Positions 47,443 through 55,366 of a stretch of DNA of 64,000 nt are shown in pieces. The first letter of the stretch is position 1. The number at the start of each line of letters is the position of its first letter. The position numbers were made by a program, and so were the translations under genes. Source of the stretch: Chloroflexota bacterium (GTDB lineage Bacteria; Chloroflexota; UBA11872; VXNJ01); NCBI GenBank assembly GCA_965261345.1, contig OZ253449.1, forward strand, positions 544,001 through 608,000. Direction: 5' to 3'. A model generated the notes under the pieces. The model was not told the origin of the DNA, searched no databases, and was given only the letters and a program-made list of their open reading frames with translations.

Positions 47443-48312
47443 CTACTCCATCGATTCGCTGCCGCCGAAGCGACGGGCGATCAGGGTCAGCAACGCCGCC
47501 ACCGCGCCTACCCCGGGAACCCGATGGCTGGCCCCAGTCGGTCGCGCCCGTCCGGCCACCAATACCCCGATTCCATTTCCCTCAACCCGGGCGAAGGCGT
47601 CCTCATCGGTAACGTCGTCGCCAAGATAGATCGGCAGGTGAATCGCGATTGACCTTTCGGCCAGGTATCGGCGGTACTGGTCCACCGCCGCGCCCTTGCC
47701 ACCGCCATCGGCGGGCACGAACTCGAAAATCTTGCGGCCGGCCAGCATGCGCAGGCCGTCATGTTCACGGGCCAACGCCTCGATCTCACCTGCCAGTTCG
47801 AAACCGGATTCGGGATCGGCCAGGTTTCGGTAATGCAGGACCACCGCCAGCGGCTTTTGCTCCAGGCGGGCTCCGGAATATTTTTGCGCCAGTTCGCCAA
47901 GCTGGTCGGCTATCGAATCGATCGCCGACTGGTTGCCGCCGCGGATTTTCGAACCGGTCCCGTCGGCAAACGACACCTGCCGGCCATGACTGCCAAAGTA
48001 GGTAAGGTGCTCCAGTCCAATGAGGGAGCGGACGTCGTCCAGCGCCCGCCCGCTAACAATCGCCAGCGGCAGGCGACCGGCCAGCCGGCCCAACGCCATC
48101 CTGGCGGCCGGATCCACCCGCGCGGCTGCGGGATCGGAGACGATTTCGGCCAGGGTGCCGTCAAAGTCGAGCAGGATTGCGGGCGGGCCGCTTGGAGCGA
48201 TCTGCTCGATTCGCCCGGCAAGGGCTCCAAGACCGGGCAACCCCCAACCGTCACCAGGTTGGCCTGAAAAATGCGCCATATCCAATCTCTCCGATCGCGC
48301 CACAACCGGCAA
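47443..48312 (-). CDS. otsB: Trehalose-6-phosphate phosphatase
   Basis: LDFDGTLAEIV.DP, SGR, GSHG, HYR, KG.A, GDDVTDEDAF; start uncertain. Confidence 0.92.
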   Translation of the reverse strand: MPVVARSERLDMAHFSGQPGDGWGLPGLGALAGRIEQIAPSGPPAILLDFDGTLAEIVSDPAAARVDPAARMALGRLAGRLPLAIVSGRALDDVRSLIGLEHLTYFGSHGRQVSFADGTGSKIRGGNQSAIDSIADQLGELAQKYSGARLEQKPLAVVLHYRNLADPESGFELAGEIEALAREHDGLRMLAGRKIFEFVPADGGGKGAAVDQYRRYLAERSIAIHLPIYLGDDVTDEDAFARVEGNGIGVLVAGRARPTGASHRVPGVGAVAALLTLIARRFGGSESME

Positions 48313-48492
48313 CCTGGTGGGAGGCGGTTCGGCAGTCAGTTAAGAAAATTCCGGCCGGTTCTCAAAGGTCATCCAACCGGCAGGTTGTCGGTACGTTTTC
48401 AGGTCGCGCTGCCGAATTGGGCCCACCAATTGGTCCCACGGTTCCGTTGCTAGTGGCCGGGTCGGACAGCACCAATGCAAGATCTTTGGGAA

Positions 48493-48568
48493 TGGAGCGG
48501 GGGACGGGGATCGAACCCGCAACATCCAGCTTGGAAGGCTAGCACTCTACCAATTGAGCTACCCCCGC
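48493..48568 (-). tRNA. tRNA-Gly(TCC)
   Basis: Cloverleaf GCGGGGG-TAGCTCAATTGGTAGAGT-G-CTAGC CTTCCAA GCTGG-ATGTT-GCGGG TTCGATC CCCGT-CCCCCGC-T-CCA; 76 nt with encoded CCA. Confidence 0.97.
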
Positions 48569-48677
48569 CGGTCGCCCACATTTTAGGGATTTTCGAGTTC
48601 TAGGATGCACAGCACGGTCGGATCAGTCGAGGGTAAACTGGCGGGGATTGGCAGTGTGAATCGGTATGGGTGGGTGC

Positions 48678-49625
48678 ATGCAATCTGCACAGACCATGGG
48701 CGACGCGCCGCATAGGACCCTCCGCCGGCGGTTGGGACTAAGCTCCCGAGGAGGAGCATCCTCGTATCTGTTCGTGCTGCCGTCGGTCGTCTTCATTTCG
48801 ATCTTTATCATTGTTCCGATCATCGGCGCGCTCTACTACAGCTTTACTGACTACGATCTGCTAACCGCTCCCGAATGGGCGGGTTTCAAGAACTACACAC
48901 TGATCGGAAGCGAGCCGCGCTTCGTGCCGGCGGTCCGCAACACGGTCTTTTTCGCGTTCGGTACGGTACCGGCCGGGGTGATTACCTCACTGCTGCTCGC
49001 GGTCCTGGTGAATCGGGCGGTCCGCGGTATCTATTTCTTCCGCGCCATGTTCTACATGCCGGTGGTCTCCTCTTTTGTATCGGTCTCACTGATCTGGCTC
49101 TGGATGTACGAGCCACAGTTCGGGCTGGCCAACGAGTTCTTCCGCGTGGTCGGGATTGAGCCTTCCAAGTGGCTGCGTGGTCCCGAAACCGCCCTGTTCG
49201 CAATCATCCTGATGAGCATCTGGAAGAACATGGGCCTGAACATGGTCATCTATCTGGCCGGCTTGCAGGGAATTCCCCCGCACCTCTACGAGGCCGCCGA
49301 GATTGACGGCGCCGGGCGTGCATCGATGATGTTCAAGATAACCGTGCCGCTGCTGGCGCCCACCACCTTTTTCGTCGTGATCGTGTACTTTATCGGCGCC
49401 CTGCAGATGTTCGTGCAGGTATTTATCATGGCCTGCGCGGACGCCCAGGGGAATTGCGGCGGACCGCTCGATGCCACCGTCACGATCGTGCTGCTAATTT
49501 ATCTTGAAGCATTCGCCAACCTGAAAATGGGCTTTGCGGCTGCCCTGTCGTTCATCCTGTTCTCGGTGATCGGCATTATCACCATCATTAACACCAAGCT
49601 GCTTTCGTACGAGATCGGTTACTGA
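48678..49625 (+). CDS. Carbohydrate ABC transporter permease (MalF/UgpA type), copy 1
   Basis: YLF.LP, G..NY, YLAGLQGIP..LYEAAEIDGA (EAA motif), ITVPLL.P. Confidence 0.93.
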   Translation: MQSAQTMGDAPHRTLRRRLGLSSRGGASSYLFVLPSVVFISIFIIVPIIGALYYSFTDYDLLTAPEWAGFKNYTLIGSEPRFVPAVRNTVFFAFGTVPAGVITSLLLAVLVNRAVRGIYFFRAMFYMPVVSSFVSVSLIWLWMYEPQFGLANEFFRVVGIEPSKWLRGPETALFAIILMSIWKNMGLNMVIYLAGLQGIPPHLYEAAEIDGAGRASMMFKITVPLLAPTTFFVVIVYFIGALQMFVQVFIMACADAQGNCGGPLDATVTIVLLIYLEAFANLKMGFAAALSFILFSVIGIITIINTKLLSYEIGY

Positions 49626-49630
49626 TCGGT

Positions 49631-49684
49631 TGATCCACCGATGCGGAGTTGTCGCCAGAGCGATGATCCCGCATTGGCGGATCA
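49631..49684 (+). terminator. Long stem-loop after permease copy 1 (terminator or mRNA-stability element)
   Basis: TGATCCACCGATGCGG pairs with CCGCATTGGCGGATCA, enclosing the inner stem GTTGTCGC/GCGATGAT; no clear U-tract. Confidence 0.45.
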
Positions 49685-49792
49685 TCCGGCAGTTTATTCG
49701 GGGATTTTAAAGTTCTCGGATATTCCGTACGGTCGGATTAGCCGAGGTTAAACTGGCAATCATTGGCAGTGTAAATCCGTTTGGGTGGTTGC

Positions 49793-50746
49793 ATGCAGTC
49801 TGCACAGGCTATGGGCGACGCGCCGCATAGGACTCTCCGCCGGCGGCTCGGGTTAAGTTACCGAGGAGGAGCATCCTCCTATCTGTTCGTACTTCCGTCC
49901 GTCATCTTCATCTCGATCTTCGTCATTGTTCCGATCATCGGCGCGCTCTACTACAGCCTTAACGACTACGACCTGCTCACTCCTCCCGAATGGGCGGGGC
50001 TGAAGAATTATGGGGCGATCCGTAGCGAACCACGCTTCTTGCCGGCGATCCGCAACACGATAGTATTTGCGTTTGGTACGGTACCGGCCGGGGTGATCAC
50101 CTCGCTGCTGCTGGCGGTAATGGTGAACCGGGCAATCCGCGGGATCTATTTCTTCCGCGCCATGTTCTACATGCCGGTGGTCTCCTCTTTTGTATCGGTC
50201 TCGCTGATCTGGCTCTGGATGTACGATCCGCAGTTGGGGCTGGCCAATGATTTCTTGCTGTGGCTGGGTTTGCCAACGTCCAAGTGGCTGCGCGGTCCCG
50301 AAACCGCCCTGTTCGCAATCATCCTGATGAGCATCTGGAAGAACATGGGCCTGAACATGGTCATCTATCTGGCCGGCCTGCAGGGAATTCCCCCGCACCT
50401 CTACGAGGCCGCCGAGATTGACGGCGCCGGGCGCTTATCGATGATGCTCAAGATAACCGTGCCGCTGCTGGCGCCCACGACCTATTTCGTAGTGATCGTT
50501 TACTTCATCGGCGCCCTGCAGATGTTCGTCCAGATCTTCATCATGACCTGTAACAATGCGGACGCCACGGCCGGCTGCGGCGGACCGTTGGATTCCACCG
50601 TCACGATCGTTTGGCTGCTTTACTGGGAGGCCTTCAACAACCTGAAAATGGGCTTTGCGGCTGCCCTGTCGTTCATCCTGTTCTCGGTGATCGGCATTAT
50701 CACCATCATTAACACCAAGCTGCTTTCGTACGAGATCGGTTACTGA
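49793..50746 (+). CDS. Carbohydrate ABC transporter permease (MalF/UgpA type), copy 2
   Basis: Close paralogue of copy 1; the upstream region is duplicated as well. Confidence 0.93.
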   Translation: MQSAQAMGDAPHRTLRRRLGLSYRGGASSYLFVLPSVIFISIFVIVPIIGALYYSLNDYDLLTPPEWAGLKNYGAIRSEPRFLPAIRNTIVFAFGTVPAGVITSLLLAVMVNRAIRGIYFFRAMFYMPVVSSFVSVSLIWLWMYDPQLGLANDFLLWLGLPTSKWLRGPETALFAIILMSIWKNMGLNMVIYLAGLQGIPPHLYEAAEIDGAGRLSMMLKITVPLLAPTTYFVVIVYFIGALQMFVQIFIMTCNNADATAGCGGPLDSTVTIVWLLYWEAFNNLKMGFAAALSFILFSVIGIITIINTKLLSYEIGY

Positions 50747-50930
50747 TCGGTTGATCCACTAGCGTTTGGGTCGATGCATTACCGGTCAACCCGACTATTG
50801 ATCGATTCCCAGGCGGTCGCCAATTGACTTCCAGACGATGCCGGGGCGTTAGTGGATTGAAATTGGGATTGGCCAAATGCCGGCTCCGATCGGGGCCTCG
50901 TCTACGGTCGACAACCGCCAAGGAAATTCG

Positions 50931-51878
50931 ATGCACGTAACCGGTATCACCGGAGCGGCCCCGCGGACGACCTGGCGGCGGCGAATCGGCCTTACATACC
51001 GGGGTGGAGCGACCTCCTATCTGTTCGTACTCCCGTCGATCATCTTCATCTCGATCTTCGTCATCGTTCCGATCATCGGCGCGCTCTACTACAGCTTCAA
51101 CGACTACGACCTGCTCACCGCCCCTGAATGGACAGGTTTTGACAACTACGCCAAGATTGGCAGGGAACCGCGCTTCCTGCCGGCGGTTCGCAATACGGTC
51201 TTGTTCGCGTTCGGGACGGTACCGGCCGGGGTGATCACCTCGTTGCTGCTGGCGATGCTGGTCAACCGGGCGGTCCGCGGGATCTATTTTTTCCGGGCCA
51301 TGTTCTACATGCCGGTCGTCTCTTCGTTGGTGACCGTGGCGCTGATCTGGCTCTGGATGTACGAGCCGCAGTTCGGACTGGCCAACGAAATGTTCCGCGC
51401 GTTCGGGCTCCCACCTTCCAAATGGCTGGCCGGTCCCGAAACCGCCCTGCTGGCCATCATCCTGATGAGCATCTGGAAGAACATGGGCCTGAACATGGTC
51501 ATCTACCTGGCCGGCTTGCAGGGAATCCCCCCACAAATCTACGAGGCCTCCGAGATTGACGGGGCGGGCCGCGTAGCCCAGGTAATGCGGATCACCCTAC
51601 CGCTGCTGGCGCCCACCACCTTTTTCGTCGTGATCGTGTACTTTATCGGCGCCCTGCAGATGTTCGTGCAGGTCCTGATCATGGCCTGCCCGCACGCCCA
51701 GATCATGTGCGGCGGCCCGCTCGATTCCACCGTGACTATCGTCATGCTTATTTATCTGGAGGCATTTTCCCACCTGCAGATGGGATTTGCGGCGGCGCTG
51801 TCATTTATCCTGTTTGTGATGATCGGCCTGGTAACGATCGTAAATGCCAAGCTGCTCAGCTATGAAATCGGCTACTGA
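50931..51878 (+). CDS. Carbohydrate ABC transporter permease (MalF/UgpA type), copy 3
   Basis: Paralogue of copies 1 and 2; AAGGA RBS before ATG 50931. Confidence 0.93.
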   Translation: MHVTGITGAAPRTTWRRRIGLTYRGGATSYLFVLPSIIFISIFVIVPIIGALYYSFNDYDLLTAPEWTGFDNYAKIGREPRFLPAVRNTVLFAFGTVPAGVITSLLLAMLVNRAVRGIYFFRAMFYMPVVSSLVTVALIWLWMYEPQFGLANEMFRAFGLPPSKWLAGPETALLAIILMSIWKNMGLNMVIYLAGLQGIPPQIYEASEIDGAGRVAQVMRITLPLLAPTTFFVVIVYFIGALQMFVQVLIMACPHAQIMCGGPLDSTVTIVMLIYLEAFSHLQMGFAAALSFILFVMIGLVTIVNAKLLSYEIGY

Positions 51879-51965
51879 TCCGGTTCTGGGTTAGGGCCCC
51901 AGGGCCATCGTGCTCAACGAGCACCGGGCCAACCAACGGTCAATCCACAGGGTGACTGCTAGGGG

Positions 51966-53477
51966 TTAGTGCACGCCGTAGGCATACCGCGATCGCGGCG
52001 ATCCCGGGTGCGCCTGCCGGACGATTTGCTCTAACAACAGGTCGCGCAGCTTGGTTCGCTGCTGGATGTGCGCGCCATTCGCCGCCAGATTGACCTGCTC
52101 GCCGGGGTCATCGACAAGATTGAACATCTGCTCGTCGCCGCCTGGGTACCAGGTGTAGCGCCAGCGTTCGGTTACCACGGTACGCGCCCAGCGGTCGATT
52201 GAGTTGGAATCGATGTTGTTGTAGCTCTCAGCGTACGCGCACGACCGCCAATCTGGCATCTTCTGCCCGCGGCAGAGCGGCAGCAGTGACCTGCCCGGCA
52301 GCGCTGGAAACGGCAGCGCCAGGCGGAGCGAAAGCGGGGCCGGCACCGGCAGGCCCGCCATCTCAAATACGGTCGGGAAAATGTCCTCCAGTTGGACAAA
52401 TTCGTCGCGCCGCTGCCCGCCGCCCAGTCCTGGCCCGGCAATGATCAGCGGCACCCTGATGCAGGCGTCATAATGCATCTCGCCCTTCGAGATCAACCCG
52501 TGTTCGCCCAGCATTTCACCGTGGTCGGAGATAAAGACCCAGTAAGTGCTGTCGGCCCGTCCACGGCTGGCCACGGCGGCCCAGATTCGACCAAGCTGTT
52601 CGTCGAGGTGTATTAGATCGGCAAAGTAGTGGGTCCGGTCGGCCAGCCAGTCGCGCCCGGCGGCCATTTCGGCCAGGGTCGCCAGACAGCGCGGAGCGCC
52701 GGGGTCGTCGCGCCACTCGACCGGCAATGGCGCTGGAATGGCATCCTGATTCACCCTCCCAACATACCCGCGCGGCGGGGCGAACGGCCCGTGCGGTTGG
52801 ACATACGAGATGTGGGCATAGAGCGGGCGGCGGCGGTCGGCGGCGGTTATGAAATCTTCGGCCCTGCGGCTGATCCACTCGGTCTGGGAGAGTTCGGCCG
52901 GAAAGGGCAGTTCGTAGGTTCCGGGCTGGGATTCGATGTCGGCCATCCGCGCGGCAAGATCGACCGCGGCTGGTCCGTAACTTGCAAATTCAGCGATCTG
53001 GCGCGCCCAAACGGTGGAGAGCACCGCGTCGGCATGATCGGGGTGCTGGGACAGAATCCAGTCCAACCAGGGGCCTCCGCGAGCGTCCTCGGTGTTATGG
53101 CAAACATCAAAGCCGTATTCGCGGTAGTCGGGGAATAGCGATTCAAAGTGCGGGTGGAAGTGGACCTTGCCCAGCGCGCCGGTCTGGTATCCGGTCTGCT
53201 GCAGGGCCCGCATGAAAGTTGGAAGTTCAGGGTCGAGCACGTAGCCATTTTGAAGAACCCCGTGCTGGGAGGTGGTCAGGCCGGTTGCCAGGGTGGCGCG
53301 AGCCGGGCAGCAGAGCGGATTGGACGAAATCGCCCGCCCAAAACTCGTCCCCGAACCGGCCAATGCCGCCAGATTGGGTAAGCAGACGATATCGCCCGCC
53401 AAGCCGCGCTCGAGCCAGCAAGCAGAGAGCTGGTCGACCATGAAGAAAATAATGTCAGGTTGCTCAGCGTTTTTCAA
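51966..53477 (-). CDS. Sulfatase
   Basis: PDIIFFMVDQL, CCPARA, GKVH, PHGPF, SDHGE. Confidence 0.9.
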   Translation of the reverse strand: MKNAEQPDIIFFMVDQLSACWLERGLAGDIVCLPNLAALAGSGTSFGRAISSNPLCCPARATLATGLTTSQHGVLQNGYVLDPELPTFMRALQQTGYQTGALGKVHFHPHFESLFPDYREYGFDVCHNTEDARGGPWLDWILSQHPDHADAVLSTVWARQIAEFASYGPAAVDLAARMADIESQPGTYELPFPAELSQTEWISRRAEDFITAADRRRPLYAHISYVQPHGPFAPPRGYVGRVNQDAIPAPLPVEWRDDPGAPRCLATLAEMAAGRDWLADRTHYFADLIHLDEQLGRIWAAVASRGRADSTYWVFISDHGEMLGEHGLISKGEMHYDACIRVPLIIAGPGLGGGQRRDEFVQLEDIFPTVFEMAGLPVPAPLSLRLALPFPALPGRSLLPLCRGQKMPDWRSCAYAESYNNIDSNSIDRWARTVVTERWRYTWYPGGDEQMFNLVDDPGEQVNLAANGAHIQQRTKLRDLLLEQIVRQAHPGSPRSRYAYGVH

Positions 53478-53608
53478 TTACCCAAATTCCCGGTGATCTA
53501 AGTACCACCGATCCACGATTGGTGGTCGAACTTATTTTGGCCGCGAATTTTTTCCCGGACGTGTCCCACGGTGTGGTGTAACTAAGCCGTCCTCTACGTT
53601 TAGGGGTT

Positions 53609-53642
53609 CGGCAGCTGCAACTCTGCAGAGTTGCAGCTGCCG
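53609..53642. repeat. Perfect 34-bp palindrome inside the IS 3' end
   Basis: CGGCAGCTGCAACTCTG|CAGAGTTGCAGCTGCCG. Confidence 0.95.
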
Positions 53643-53953
53643 GCAGGGCCGGCAGATGGTTGCTGGGGCTTGCTGGGGGAGTTTCGAGTCCTTGGCTGTG
53701 ACGGCGACTGCCGGTAAGGCGTCCATCATTTTGCCAGTTGCGACCATGGCGCGGTCGCGGTCATATGGGCTTCCATGGGTCCGAAGGCCGGCCCCGGCCC
53801 GTAACGGCTCGCATTCGGGCTCACCGGGCCGGGTTTGTTGGGAAAGTCGGCCCAATTCGACGCTAGTGATCCTTATTTAGGCCCAGCTAGCGCCAAGCCG
53901 GGCGCACGACCTTCCATTTCCCTGGAGGGCGCTACGGCCCCCGGCGGCGGTTG

Positions 53954-55187
53954 CTACCCCGCCGGCAATGCCAGCGGGGACTGCCTCTCTCCCGGAGATG
54001 GGGGTTGGCCGATTAAGGCCATCGAGTGCCTGGACATATAGCGGCGCTCGGATGCGAGCCATTCGTCGTTCTGCTCAATTAGGACCGCTCCGATAAGGCG
54101 CAGGACCGAGTCATCGTCAGGGAAGAGCTGCACTACCCGGGTGCGGCGCTTTAGCTCGCCCATAACGCGCTCTAGGGGATTGGTGGACCAGATCTTGCGC
54201 CAGTGCGAAGGCGGGAAGGCGGTGTAGGCAGTCAGGGCGATCTCGGAGTCCTCGAGGATCGTGGACAGTTCCGGATACTTGCGCTCTAAGCGATCGGCGA
54301 AATCTCCGAAGGCGTCCATGGCGCTCTGCTTGTCAGCCTGCCCAAACACCGACGCCAGTCCGGCTGCCACCAGCCCGCGGTCGCCGCTTCTGACCCTTGG
54401 CAGAAGATTGCGCCCAAAGTGTGTCCTGCACGTCTGCCAGGCGGCCTCGGGAATAAGCTTTGTCACCGCGTTGCCGATGGCTTGGTTCCCATCGGAGATC
54501 ACCAGCCGCACGCCGGATAGACCGCGCGTTACCAGGGAGGCGATCAAGTCCTCCCAGAAGCCCTGCGCTTCGCTGTGGCCGATTGCAAGCCCCAGCAGCT
54601 CGCGATGGCCGTTCTCGTTTATGGCCATTGCTATGCCCACCGCCCGCGACCTTACCGCATGCGCGTTTCGGGCTTTTACGTAGGTGGCGTCGAGATAGAG
54701 GTACGGGAAGGTCGTATGCGCGAGATCGCGTTCGCGGAAGGCATTGACCAGCTCGTCGATGCCTTTGCAGATCCTTGACACCTCGGACCTGGAGATCCCG
54801 GCGTTTACTCCCATCGCCTCCACCAGCTTGTCGACCTTGCGGGTGGAGACGCCCTTGCTGTAGGCGGTCATGATGACGCCGTAGAGGGCCTGGTCGATGC
54901 GGCGCCGCCGCTCCAAGAACTCGGGGTAGTAGCTGCCTTGGCGCAGCTTGGGCAGGGCAATCTCGATGTCGCCCGCCCGGGTGGAGAGGGTGCGCTTGCG
55001 CGAGCCATCAAAGCCGATTGCGACGCTCGCCGTTGCGCTCGTGCGGTTTGGCGCCGATGTTTTCGGCCAGGCCGGCGTCAATAAGTTCCTGGTAGGCGTG
55101 CCGTACGGCGCTGCGGACGAATTCGCTGCTGTCAAACCCTTGCTTGGCGATAAGGGCAAGCAAGGTCTGATAATCAAGTTGGGCCAT
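53954..55187 (-). CDS. IS256-family (Mutator) transposase, split by a +1 frameshift at CTT-TGA (55013-55008)
   Basis: ORF-A: ATG 55187 with GAGGA RBS, 59 aa MAQLDYQ...GAKPHERNGERRNRL*. ORF-B in the +1 frame: DGSRKRTLSTRAG...PKLRQGSY...GVSTRKV...YLDATY...ISDG...QTCRTHF...STNPLER. Fusion would be 410 aa. Confidence 0.88.
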
Positions 55188-55366
55188 CGATGGTTCCTCG
55201 ACGAAGTAAGTGAATTGACTCCGTAGAGGTTTACACGATGGCCCTTTGTCATCGCGTTGGCTTAGTTGATCAAGCGGGTGCTCTTACACCACTCCAGGGG
55301 ACGTGATCTTTTTCCCAGGCCGCTAATGGTCTACTAGCGGCAAGTACAAAGCGATGGAATGTGAAC

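Larger units (their letters stand above)
48581..51878 (+). repeat. Imperfect tandem triplication, unit about 1.1 kb
   Basis: Three homologous genes; upstream 48581-48680 resembles 49695-49795; identical tracts 49517-49638 = 50638-50759 and 49347-49420 = 51600-51673. Confidence 0.92.
53557..55308 (-). mobile_element. IS256-family insertion sequence, 1752 bp, with 8-bp target-site duplication TTTTTCCC
   Basis: TTTTTCCC at 53549-53556 and 55309-55316; imperfect 25-bp terminal inverted repeats GGACGTGTCCCACGGTGTGGTGTAA and TTACACCACTCCAGGGGACGTGATC; IS256 transposase inside. Confidence 0.93.

Noticed and set aside
48581-51878. Permease array as a diversity-generating retroelement target
   Set aside because: No reverse transcriptase in the window; the differences include indels and are not restricted to adenines.
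53532-53855. 107-aa ORF as an IS passenger gene
   Set aside because: It crosses the IS boundary and has no RBS or recognisable motif.
55010-55252. N-terminus of the 432-aa transposase ORF as given in the ORF track
   Set aside because: The first ~80 aa do not resemble IS256; the homologous N-terminus is in another frame from ATG 55187.
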